Part shown: positions 8,942 through 17,764 of the stretch, in pieces | How positions within the stretch are numbered: the stretch's first letter is position 1 | How the letters are laid out: each line of letters begins with the position of its first letter | NCBI GenBank assembly: GCA_039208735.1 | Contig: JBCCQY010000092.1 | Location: 1 to 36,074, forward strand | DNA length: 36,074 nt | Reading direction: 5' to 3' | Source: Myxococcota bacterium | GTDB lineage: Bacteria > Myxococcota_A > UBA796 > GCA-2862545 | The notes under the pieces: generated by a model | The model's input: only the letters and a program-made list of their open reading frames with translations | What the model was told of the DNA's origin: nothing | Databases searched by the model: none | Made by a program: the position numbers and the translations under genes

Positions 8942-11900
8942 GCGTTCTCCATCGGCCCTACCGGCCGGACGTCCGCCAACGGTACCCGGACGGTCACCCG
9001 CTCGACCAGCCCGCGCCGTGCAAACACCGCGTTGGTGGCCTGTTGGCCGAGGCTTCGGCCAGGACGTTGCTCCGTGCGTCCGTCGGTGTAGGTCACGTGC
9101 ACTTCGGGCGAACCTTCGTGCGTCGCAAGAACAAACGGCACTTGGGCCACTGTGAACCCAAGAGCGCCCGTGGGCACCTCGATCGTCTGTTGCGCTCCGC
9201 GATAGCCCGTGATCGTCCAAGACATGGGGCTGGTTGCAAGCTCATCGCGTCGCAAGAGGCCCGGATGCACCTCAATGGCCCCATCGCGCACGCGTAGGCC
9301 AAGTTCGCCAAGCCGCGTGAGGACTTCTTCTTTGACCTGGCCCGTCATGCCCGGTTGCTGGGCCCCCAGATGCCAAGGGGTGTGCGAGTAGGGATCGGTG
9401 GGAATCGCGCCGTATTCCGCCACTGACTTATTGAACGGGAGCCCTGCCCGGACGCGATCGTACGCGGCAGCGAGGCGACGTACGATAGCCGAGTCCTCGC
9501 CCCCATCTACCGCGAGCTGCCAAGCCTCCTGGACCGAGACCAGCAGCTTGCCCACCATGTGCCAATACACGCTGCCCAGCCCTTCATACTTGTGCATCGT
9601 GCCTGACCGGCCGGTGAACGCGTGGTGGTCGAAGGTCGCCTCATACGCTTCGAGGGTCGCCGCACGGCCCGCCTGGATCGGGGTACTCCATGCAGGATCC
9701 TTCGCGATCCGTTCCAACACCTTGTCGAGCATCGACGCGTTCTGGAAATCCGCATGCCAGCGGTAGGTCCCATGCGCGTCTTGAGCCAAGACCTGGGGCC
9801 CAATCTTTGGATCTGCCGCTAACGCAGTGAGCAACGGAGTCGCGGCGACCACGGACGCATCGAGCTGGTTTCGCTTGAGGAAGTCCGGGCGTTCCCGGTT
9901 GGGGTACAAAATGAAGGTGTGCTGGTCCTTTCGGTACAGCGCGCTCCGATAGAGCGCATCGACGAGGTCACACGCCTCAGCACCCGACAGCAGCCCGCAA
10001 CCCAACACCGCAACCTGGCCTTCGAGCATCTCAGACAGTCGGGCAACGCGGACGCCATCAGGGGTCCACGCGAGGCGGTTGTAGCTGTGGTAGAGCCCGT
10101 CCTCGCGACGGTTGGTTCGCAAGGTGTGATCGATCCATCCCTGGCTCACCCGGCACAACTCAGCGATGCGGTCGGTCGCGAGCGAGACACGCTCCCCAAG
10201 GCCGCGCTCGTAAACCGTGCTGCGATAGGCCGAAAACGCTTCGCCAAGCTGGTCGAGGATCTGTCGCCGAACCCCATCTGCAATGGGCGCGGGGACGGCG
10301 GGTGGCGCATGGCGCGTGAGTGCGGCCAGCACCGCTTCGAGCCACTGGACCACTTCGCCCGACACTGGAAACGCAGCCCCTGCGCCATCGAGCAAGGCCC
10401 CCAGGCCCGTGAACGCCTTTCGCAACTGGGCGAGCGTGACCATCGAAAGGCCCTGGCCGACCAACGCATTGTTGGCGTCGTTCCATTCGGGCCGTTGCGT
10501 GTTGAGCCAGATGCCCCCATCCACCACGAAGTTCGACATCTTCGCGAGCAGACTTACCAACAGCTTCTCGGTGAGATTGACCTGCTTGACCTGGCCCTGG
10601 TCAAGCACCAATCGACCGTCGCTGCCCCACGCCGCCGACTGCGCCTGCGCACGGGCGTCCGCCGCCTCATCGAATTCGATGGTGTCCTTGGCGTCAGCCA
10701 CCAAGTCCGCGTAGGGCCGAATCCGGTAGGGCACATCGGCGTAGCTGAACAAGTCTCGGCCGAGCCATTCTCGGATGCATCCGGGCCGATGGGCCTCGGC
10801 TGCTTCGATGAGACGGAACAGGTACACCACCTGATGGTCGCCCCAGTACCCGATGTTCGACCACGGATCGTCGGGATCGGGAGCCTCCCAATCCACCCCG
10901 TCGCGGGTCAGGCGGTAGGGATTGAAGCCATCGACGGTAGACGCATTGACGAACTTCGCGACGATGGCGCCGTAGAAGTCGGGGAAGGACCGCGCCAGCG
11001 CTTCCCAGTTTTGGAAGATGTCGCGCCAGTTGCCCTCGTAGTCGTAGCAGGGCGTACCGTCGTCGTGCGTAAGCACGATGTTGAACGCGTTCCACGGACG
11101 GCTGGGGTCCCCATGGCGCCGGCTGAAGGTCAGCGGCAGGTACTCGAGACACAGACGTTCGAGCTGCGGATCACCAACCTCGGCGGCCGCATTGAGCAGA
11201 TCGCGATGTGGAACGAGGCCCGTCCGTTCGGCCAACCAGGCCTGATGCCGGGCGAAGAGTTGGCGATTCCGTTGCTGTACGAACCGGGCGAAATCATCGG
11301 CGGGCACTTCGTGGTCGCGCCCGAAGACCCCCCCTCGCATGATGTTGTAGACCACATTCGAAAAGTGATTGACGGTCGCCCGCGGCGCGGCGGAGACCTG
11401 CTGACCGTCCGACGCGGCCACGAGTCCAAGCAACGCCCGGTGCCCTCGCTCGATGTCTTCGGCCAAGTCCTTGGCCAATCCTGCGGGATCTCTTAGGCGT
11501 CCGTCGAGTTCGACCACCGCCGCCTGATCGAAGTGAACATCGCCCACGATCGACCATTCGACGGGTTCGGCTCCGGGATCGACGGTAGCACGCACGAGGT
11601 AGGCGCCACGCATCCCGAGACTTCGCGAGACCGGCGGCGTGGGCCGACCCGCTCGAAAGGCGTCGAGGGCCCGTTCGTCAAGCGCCACGACGCCGTTGGG
11701 GAGTCCCGTGCGCCACACCACGTTGGCCCGCAACGACTCGGCGGGCGCGGCTCGGTCCGAAAGCTGTGCTTCCATCACGTAAAGAGCAAGCGTCGTTTCG
11801 GCGTCGACCTCACTCCGCTTGTAGGCATCCACCAGCGCCGACAGGGTCTGCTGCGCCGAAAGGGGCACCTCGGCGGGAAGCAGATTGAGCAGGCCGTCCA

Positions 11901-12369
11901 TGATCTCGACGGATCCGCTGCCCGAGGTTCGCGTGAGCCGCGCCTGGCGCACAAGGCCATAGCGGGGGCTCGTGGTGAAGCGAACCGTGAACACAAGCCC
12001 GAGGTCGGGCGCCGTTTCTTCGAGTTCCACCCAGTCGCCGGTCAGGGCCTTACGCAGGGTGCGTTGGTAGCCATCGGGCGTGCCTCGAGCATCGAGGGGG
12101 TGCCAAAGTTGCCCGTCGGCAGTGCGGATCCACGTCACCCCGCCCGACACCCCCGCCGCGTGATGCAGCCGATCGTCGGTCTCATAGGGAAACAAAGAGC
12201 GCTGGGCCTTGCGTCGACCAGCGGTCAGGCCGCCTGAACTCGAAAGGAACACCCAGTGGTCATCACTGCTGACCACGTGAATGAGAAACGGAGGAAGCGC
12301 CGACAAGTTATCGACTTTCCAGTATCCATCTGGATCGTTGACGAGTTGGCTTTCAGGGGATTGGCTCAT
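8938..12369 (-). CDS. GH149 beta-1,3-glucan phosphorylase
   Basis: 1143 aa, no signal peptide. Family-typical segments VSSDDHWVFLSSSGGLTAGR, LFPYETDD, FSRRHGDPSRPWN, YEGNWRDIFQNWEAL, IGYWGDHQ, QRPEWNDANNALVG (GH94-like WND), YEGLGSVYWHM, AQQPGMTGQVKE. Confidence 0.9.
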   Translation of the reverse strand: MSQSPESQLVNDPDGYWKVDNLSALPPFLIHVVSSDDHWVFLSSSGGLTAGRRKAQRSLFPYETDDRLHHAAGVSGGVTWIRTADGQLWHPLDARGTPDGYQRTLRKALTGDWVELEETAPDLGLVFTVRFTTSPRYGLVRQARLTRTSGSGSVEIMDGLLNLLPAEVPLSAQQTLSALVDAYKRSEVDAETTLALYVMEAQLSDRAAPAESLRANVVWRTGLPNGVVALDERALDAFRAGRPTPPVSRSLGMRGAYLVRATVDPGAEPVEWSIVGDVHFDQAAVVELDGRLRDPAGLAKDLAEDIERGHRALLGLVAASDGQQVSAAPRATVNHFSNVVYNIMRGGVFGRDHEVPADDFARFVQQRNRQLFARHQAWLAERTGLVPHRDLLNAAAEVGDPQLERLCLEYLPLTFSRRHGDPSRPWNAFNIVLTHDDGTPCYDYEGNWRDIFQNWEALARSFPDFYGAIVAKFVNASTVDGFNPYRLTRDGVDWEAPDPDDPWSNIGYWGDHQVVYLFRLIEAAEAHRPGCIREWLGRDLFSYADVPYRIRPYADLVADAKDTIEFDEAADARAQAQSAAWGSDGRLVLDQGQVKQVNLTEKLLVSLLAKMSNFVVDGGIWLNTQRPEWNDANNALVGQGLSMVTLAQLRKAFTGLGALLDGAGAAFPVSGEVVQWLEAVLAALTRHAPPAVPAPIADGVRRQILDQLGEAFSAYRSTVYERGLGERVSLATDRIAELCRVSQGWIDHTLRTNRREDGLYHSYNRLAWTPDGVRVARLSEMLEGQVAVLGCGLLSGAEACDLVDALYRSALYRKDQHTFILYPNRERPDFLKRNQLDASVVAATPLLTALAADPKIGPQVLAQDAHGTYRWHADFQNASMLDKVLERIAKDPAWSTPIQAGRAATLEAYEATFDHHAFTGRSGTMHKYEGLGSVYWHMVGKLLVSVQEAWQLAVDGGEDSAIVRRLAAAYDRVRAGLPFNKSVAEYGAIPTDPYSHTPWHLGAQQPGMTGQVKEEVLTRLGELGLRVRDGAIEVHPGLLRRDELATSPMSWTITGYRGAQQTIEVPTGALGFTVAQVPFVLATHEGSPEVHVTYTDGRTEQRPGRSLGQQATNAVFARRGLVERVTVRVPLADVRPVGPMENA

Positions 12370-13286
12370 CGCACCAGCTCCGGGTAGCGGTCGTGCATGA
12401 TGGGCTTGGGACGTCGACCCTCGGTGAACAGTCCCCAGTGTTTTTCAGGCTCATCGGGGTCGTCGGACCCCTTCCATGGCTCGTCAAAGGCCTCGAAGAC
12501 GTAGGTCATGACCTTCTTGGCTTCGGCCCAGCGCACCAATTCGCGAACGTACTGGGTCTGCAGCTCCGCATTGGCCTGAGAGGGATGGATGCCCCGCCCG
12601 TTCGACCGGGTGGTCCATCCCGCTTCGGTAATCGCCACCGGCACACCAGGATACTTCGCCGCCACGCGGCTGTGATCGCCGTCGGTAACGGCGATGGCCT
12701 GCTCGATCGAGGCCTGCTCCCACACCGGGTAGGTATGGACCGAGATGAAATCGAGCTCCGGAACCAGCGGCTCGAGCAGGCCCATCCAAGGGACGTGGTT
12801 CTCGCAGAATGTCACGGGCTTGTCGGTCGATGCTTTCATCGCACGAACGTGGTCAATCATGCGAGGCACCGGAACGAGATGGTCGGTCCAAGACACCGTG
12901 GCCTCGTTGCCCACCGCCACCGAAGTCACGATGGACGGGTAGCGATTCGCTAAGGCGGCCGCGCGCTGCACCTCCGCTGCGTTCTCGATGCGATTGCGAG
13001 CCAGCACGTCTTCGTCGTGCATCCCGCCCCACGGGCAATCGGGATTGCTCGCTTCGGCGTGCAAGTACGCGCCCAGCAACACCTTCAGGTTTAGCCCCTC
13101 GGCCGCAATCATCTCAAGGACAACCGCCGCGTGGGGACCCGCATCGTAAAGGCGAATCTCGCGGAAGGTCCGCTCGATCAACCGTAGATCCTGTAGGACC
13201 TGGTCCCGACTCGGGTACACCCCCGAATCCGGACTCTGTCCTTTACGATAGCCCGAATAGCAGATTCCAACGTGATCGCTAGGCAA
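12366..13286 (-). CDS. GH17 glycoside hydrolase, no signal peptide
   Basis: Preferred start TTG 13286 with GGGAGG upstream, overlapping the upstream stop. GICYSGYRKGQSP, IRLYD, AVGNE, SVHTYPVW, ITEAGW, FEAFDEPWK, EKHWGL. Confidence 0.88.
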   Translation of the reverse strand: MPSDHVGICYSGYRKGQSPDSGVYPSRDQVLQDLRLIERTFREIRLYDAGPHAAVVLEMIAAEGLNLKVLLGAYLHAEASNPDCPWGGMHDEDVLARNRIENAAEVQRAAALANRYPSIVTSVAVGNEATVSWTDHLVPVPRMIDHVRAMKASTDKPVTFCENHVPWMGLLEPLVPELDFISVHTYPVWEQASIEQAIAVTDGDHSRVAAKYPGVPVAITEAGWTTRSNGRGIHPSQANAELQTQYVRELVRWAEAKKVMTYVFEAFDEPWKGSDDPDEPEKHWGLFTEGRRPKPIMHDRYPELVR

Positions 13287-14199
13287 CCTTGAGCCTCCCA
13301 TCCGAGGTCCACAGCCCCCAGTACGCGCCGGCGCCGCCTTCGGCACCCACTTTCCATGCTTCGTCGAAGGCCGAGAACCAAAACAGTTCCACGTCGTTGT
13401 CCGCCGACCATTCCACGAGATTGAGGGCATAAAGGATCATGTTGTCGAGCGACGGCTCGGCCGCGCCCTCCGCCGGTCCTTCGGACGGCCAGCCCGTCTC
13501 GGCGATGATCACGGGTTTACCCTGGGCAACCGCCTGCACCCGCCGAACCATCTCCGCGGCGTACGGCACCGCTTGATCGATAGGGCACTTCTCCCAGAAC
13601 GGGTAGCAGTTGATGGGCAAGAAGTCGCAAGCTTCGACCAGCGCCGGATGCTGGATGAACTGGAAGTATGCGTCGACGTAGCCCACCGGGACCCCCGGCA
13701 CGGCCTCACGCGTGCGCCGCATGAGTTCCACGATTTGCTCAACGCTGGCTTCACCGCGAAGCAAGACCTCGTTGCCCACCGCAATGCGGTCGACATGGCC
13801 CCCTCGCGCCAGCCGAATCACGCCCTCGAGTTCTTCCTCGTTGCGCGCAGGATCGTCACCAACCCATGCTCCCACCAGGGTCTTTAGGCCCATCTCTTTG
13901 CCCAAGGACGCGGCCAATTCATTGCCTTCGGTGCACGCGAACGTGCGAATCCATCGGCAATGCGGAGCGATCACACCGAGGCGTTCGCGCACCTGACCAT
14001 CGGAGAGGACCACGTGGTCGTCAGGGTGTTGCCCTTCGACGTAGGCACTGAAGCACAGGCCGTGGATCTTGTCGTCGAGCAGTTGTCGGAGGCGGGCGGC
14101 CCGTTGGGCCGGCGTTTCGTCGGCGTACTTCAGCCGCGCCGCCGCGACGAACGCGCCCATGAGCTTGCCGTCGCTGCCATCGGTGGGGCGGGACATCAT
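13279..14199 (-). CDS. GH17 glycoside hydrolase, no signal peptide
   Basis: HGLCFSAY, WIRTF, LVGAW, AVGNE, NCYPFWE, IAETGWPSEG, FSAFDEAWK, YWGL. Confidence 0.88.
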   Translation of the reverse strand: MMSRPTDGSDGKLMGAFVAAARLKYADETPAQRAARLRQLLDDKIHGLCFSAYVEGQHPDDHVVLSDGQVRERLGVIAPHCRWIRTFACTEGNELAASLGKEMGLKTLVGAWVGDDPARNEEELEGVIRLARGGHVDRIAVGNEVLLRGEASVEQIVELMRRTREAVPGVPVGYVDAYFQFIQHPALVEACDFLPINCYPFWEKCPIDQAVPYAAEMVRRVQAVAQGKPVIIAETGWPSEGPAEGAAEPSLDNMILYALNLVEWSADNDVELFWFSAFDEAWKVGAEGGAGAYWGLWTSDGRLKVA

Positions 14200-15678
14200 C
14201 TACTCCAGAGACTGGGACCGTAGGGTGACAATCGAAGCGGGCGGCACCGTGAGCGCTCCACGCAGCACACCGTGCTCGACGCGGCAGTCTACCGGGGTGT
14301 CGCCCTCATGGAAGAGGTGCACCACGTGGGTTCCGTCGGGATTGACGAGACCGGTGGCGCGGAGATTACGCCCCACCTCAGGGGGCACATGCAAGGTCGT
14401 CTCGAAGACGTGCGCCCCGGGCCGCGTCGATCGAGAAACTTGCTCGAGGATCGCGAAGAGAGGCGTGTAGTGGACGGTGTCGGTGGCACCATCTACGAGA
14501 ATCGGAGCCAGGCAGAAGTTGCCGACGTGGTTGGGGCCCCCTCGTTGGTCGAGGACCACGTTCCAATCGATCCAGCCCGCCACGTGGTGCGCCAGACAAC
14601 CCACCAGGTCGCGCGCATACCGAAATGTCGGGGCGTACGGCGGGTGCTCGGACTTGTCGTCGAGCCAGTCCCACCCCCAATCCGTGGCCTCCTTCCGCCA
14701 GAACCAGCCGTCGTCTTGCCACCAGGGGAGCGGAGCGTTCTCCGAACGGTCTTTGCCAAGGCCAAAGACGTTGTCGATGCACCCTTCGGTCTGAATCACA
14801 GGATGGTCCGGATGCGCAGCTGCCACGCGATCGAGCACGTCTCCGTAGACCTTGAAGGTGCTGTCGTACCAATGCACCGCAATGCCATCGACCGCCGACC
14901 GCGCCTCTTCGTCCGACAGAACCCCGCGAGCGTAGTCTTCGACGCCCTTTCGATTCTGGTCGTAGCAGAGGATCTGCACGTCCAGGTCGCGTGCGGCAAG
15001 CGTCCGCCGCATGACCTTCACCAGCGCCCGCTGCTGTTCGGGCGACATCTCCATGCTCTCCCACGTGCCCTGGTTTCCGTGGGGCTCGTTGACGGGAGTG
15101 AGGGCCCAGATGTCGAGCCCCTCGGCGCGGTAAGCCTCGACATAGCGGGCGAGGTAACGGGAAAACGTCTCGTGATGCGTTTCAAGCAGGGCCCCCCCGC
15201 GCCGGGTCGAGGGATCGAAGAGCTTGCCGTTGTCCTTCATCCACGGCGGCGCGGTCCAGGGCGAGGCGACGATGCGGAAATCGGACCCGGGCACCGCTTG
15301 CGCCGCCTTAAGCAAGGCCAGATGGCCGTTATCTCGGTCATTCTCAATCGAGAATCCCGCCAACGAGGGATCGGGGTCCGGGGCGTAGGTGTAGGACGAG
15401 GTGCTGAAGTCACAGCTCGCGACATGGGTGCGCACGAGCGAGTACGCCGCCCGCGAAGGGGAAAACATCGCCTCTAAGATCTCGGCCTGCCGGGCGTCCG
15501 ACAGCGTGCGCAGTGCCGCGGCCGAGGCCTGGGTCAACGACCCGCCGATCCCCACGACGGTTTGCCGCCGCGCGTGAGGATCAACCGAGACCCGGATGTC
15601 AGCAGGGCCCTCGGTCACCGGGCGTACCGGAAGGCGCGCGAGCCGTTCGCCGCTCGCCGCGGTGACGTGGGCCTGCAT
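14200..15678 (-). CDS. GH30 glycoside hydrolase (glucosylceramidase-like fold; likely beta-1,6-glucan debranching)
   Basis: RQTVVGIGGSLT, RTHVASCDFS, ASPWTAPPWMK, acid/base VNEP, AVHWY, nucleophile QTEGC, WIDWN, GGPNHVGN; no signal peptide. Specificity inferred from locus context. Confidence 0.9.
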   Translation of the reverse strand: MQAHVTAASGERLARLPVRPVTEGPADIRVSVDPHARRQTVVGIGGSLTQASAAALRTLSDARQAEILEAMFSPSRAAYSLVRTHVASCDFSTSSYTYAPDPDPSLAGFSIENDRDNGHLALLKAAQAVPGSDFRIVASPWTAPPWMKDNGKLFDPSTRRGGALLETHHETFSRYLARYVEAYRAEGLDIWALTPVNEPHGNQGTWESMEMSPEQQRALVKVMRRTLAARDLDVQILCYDQNRKGVEDYARGVLSDEEARSAVDGIAVHWYDSTFKVYGDVLDRVAAAHPDHPVIQTEGCIDNVFGLGKDRSENAPLPWWQDDGWFWRKEATDWGWDWLDDKSEHPPYAPTFRYARDLVGCLAHHVAGWIDWNVVLDQRGGPNHVGNFCLAPILVDGATDTVHYTPLFAILEQVSRSTRPGAHVFETTLHVPPEVGRNLRATGLVNPDGTHVVHLFHEGDTPVDCRVEHGVLRGALTVPPASIVTLRSQSLE

Positions 15679-15681
15679 TCG

Positions 15682-16533
15682 TTACTCTTCGGTGGGTGCG
15701 TTCGGGTCGATCAGGGGATTGACCCGTTCGTAGACCTTGATGAAGTCGACGTCCATGCTCGCGGTCTGCGGCGTGGTGGCGTCGGGGGCCTGCACCGGGT
15801 TTCCGCCCACGGCCAAGTTCAGCAAAAAGAAGAACTCGTGGTCGAAAACCCAGGCCGCACCTCCGGGAAGGTCCGCCGGAGTAGCGACGCCCGTGATCGT
15901 GCCATCGATGATCCACACGATCTGCTGTGGATCCCACAGCACCTCGTACTCGTGGAAGTCGGCATCGAACCCGGCCACGTTGTCTTCACCGAGCAAGTAC
16001 GGGAAGTTGATGTTCTGCCCACCCGAATAGCCAGGGCCATGGATCGCCGAGCCGACCGCACGGACGCCGAAGACCTCCATGATGTCGATCTCGCCGGCCA
16101 AAGGCCACGGGTTTTCGGGCAGGTCTGCCCCCAGCATCCAGAACGCAGGCCAGATGGCGCGCTCGACGGGCGTACGGATGCGAGCCCGGATGCGGCCATA
16201 CTCGTATTCGCGAAGACCCTGGGTCTTGATGCGGGCAGACGTGTAGGCGCTGCCTTCGAAATCCTCGGTGATCGCCGTGACGCGAAGGAAGCCGTCGCCC
16301 GTCTGCTGAATGTTCTCGGGACGGTCTGTGTAGTACTGAAGCTCGTTGTTGCCCCAACCGTTGTCGCCCGTACCGATGTCAAAGACCCAATTGTCAGGGT
16401 CGGGAGGTGCTCCCGCCTCGCCCCGAAACTCGTCTTCCCAGACGAGTTCCCAGACCGCCTCTTCGTCGTCGGTCGTCGTCGTGCAGGCCACGCTGAACAG
16501 CAGGCCGAAAAATGCAAGTCGCTGCACGGTCAC
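15682..16533 (-). CDS. GH16 endo-beta-1,3-glucanase (laminarinase) lipoprotein
   Basis: Lipobox FSVA|C; WEDEF, GWGNNELQYY, YTSARI, WPAFWML, catalytic GEIDIME, LLNLAVGG. Confidence 0.93.
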   Translation of the reverse strand: MTVQRLAFFGLLFSVACTTTTDDEEAVWELVWEDEFRGEAGAPPDPDNWVFDIGTGDNGWGNNELQYYTDRPENIQQTGDGFLRVTAITEDFEGSAYTSARIKTQGLREYEYGRIRARIRTPVERAIWPAFWMLGADLPENPWPLAGEIDIMEVFGVRAVGSAIHGPGYSGGQNINFPYLLGEDNVAGFDADFHEYEVLWDPQQIVWIIDGTITGVATPADLPGGAAWVFDHEFFFLLNLAVGGNPVQAPDATTPQTASMDVDFIKVYERVNPLIDPNAPTEE

Positions 16534-17180
16534 TCCTGCGTGTAGTAGACATCGTCAATGAGAAGGGTACTGCCCGTCGCCCCGGTATCTGCGATGAAGG
16601 AGACGGGAACCACGATCTGGGTGAAGTCGGGCGCGGGGAAGTCCTCAAGCGGAATCACGAGGCTATGCCACTCGTTATCGGCGACAAACCCATAGTCCGC
16701 GGGCTTGACGCGCGACGAGACACCGGCCGGACCTTCGATGAGGACGTCCATGGTCTCGAAGAGGGGCTCAAGCGACTTGAACGACACATGCAGCGTCGTC
16801 CATTCCGACAGATCGGTCGGCGCGGTCCATACGACCCCACCGCCCCACCACGGCTGCGCATCCGTCTTGGTGATCGCGGCAGATTCGGCGCCTTCGATGC
16901 GATCGGCGCTCGGCTCTTGGGTGTAGGTGCCTTCGTAGATGAAGTAGTTCGTGGTCGTCCCGTCGATCGGGATGATGTCCGAGAACTGGCCCTCGTAGAA
17001 CACCTCGAAGGACAGACGGGCATCGCCCTCTTCAAAGGGGAACGGCCCCAGCAGCTCGTCCGCGGCCCGGAACGGCTCGTACTCGGGGTAGACGGGGGGG
17101 CCGTCCGGCGTGGGCCGGCAAGCGGCCATCACGAGGCCGACGACGGCCAGCGACGACAACAGTTGCGTACGTTGGATCAT
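16530..17180 (-). CDS. Lipoprotein with putative carbohydrate-binding (galactose-binding-like beta-sandwich) domain
   Basis: Lipobox VMAA|C; aromatic-rich WWGGGVVW, TDLSEWTTLHVSFK, EWHSLVIPLEDF, LLIDDVYY, a pattern typical of CBM jelly-roll modules; no catalytic motif seen. Confidence 0.65.
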   Translation of the reverse strand: MIQRTQLLSSLAVVGLVMAACRPTPDGPPVYPEYEPFRAADELLGPFPFEEGDARLSFEVFYEGQFSDIIPIDGTTTNYFIYEGTYTQEPSADRIEGAESAAITKTDAQPWWGGGVVWTAPTDLSEWTTLHVSFKSLEPLFETMDVLIEGPAGVSSRVKPADYGFVADNEWHSLVIPLEDFPAPDFTQIVVPVSFIADTGATGSTLLIDDVYYTQE

Positions 17181-17764
17181 TCGGTCACTCCGGATTGAAC
17201 GGCGACGAGTTCCCCATCAGGGCCGGTTGCAAGCCTCCAGCCATTCTGAGGCTCACCGCCTAGATCAAGGATGCCCTGGATGGCCGTCGGCATCAGGTCA
17301 AACGACAGACGACCGGTCACGTCGAACGTGACGGCCCCGGTGAACGTGTCCAGCACCTGCTGGTAGCCTTGGATGGCAAGCTGACGCACCAACGCAAGGT
17401 CGTTCGGATCGGCCAGCCGACGCTCGTGAATGAGCTGAAGCTGGTTTGCGGTGTACCACTGGTTTTCGCCGGTGGGCTCGTTGGCGAGCGCCGTGGCGAA
17501 GCCGTAGAACCCGGCGATCGGACCGTCATCGAGCAGTTCGAACTTGCCCGTGACGGTCACCCCGTCGCGGAAGGGGTTGTTCGGATCGAACACGACGCTG
17601 CGGTCAGGGAAGACCCCCACCGTGTCTGAGATGAGTTCCAGTTCGAGATCCGCAAGCAGAATCCCAAACTCGTACTCGGGGGGCGGTGCCTCCTCACAGC
17701 CCGTGGCGAGTGTCGCCGCGAGCATGAGGGCAGAAGCGAGGGCGATCGACTTTGCGGGTCTCAT
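17177..17764 (-). CDS. Uncharacterised lipoprotein in the beta-glucan operon
   Basis: Lipobox LATG|C; ATGA overlaps with both neighbours; helical C-terminal half. Confidence 0.7.
   Translation of the reverse strand: MRPAKSIALASALMLAATLATGCEEAPPPEYEFGILLADLELELISDTVGVFPDRSVVFDPNNPFRDGVTVTGKFELLDDGPIAGFYGFATALANEPTGENQWYTANQLQLIHERRLADPNDLALVRQLAIQGYQQVLDTFTGAVTFDVTGRLSFDLMPTAIQGILDLGGEPQNGWRLATGPDGELVAVQSGVTE

Noticed and set aside
8942..9220. Extended N-termini given by the ORF track (9220 for the last GH17; likewise 13430, 5809, 34267)
   Set aside because: They overlap neighbouring genes or operator regions; downstream starts have RBSs, coupling overlaps or signal peptides.
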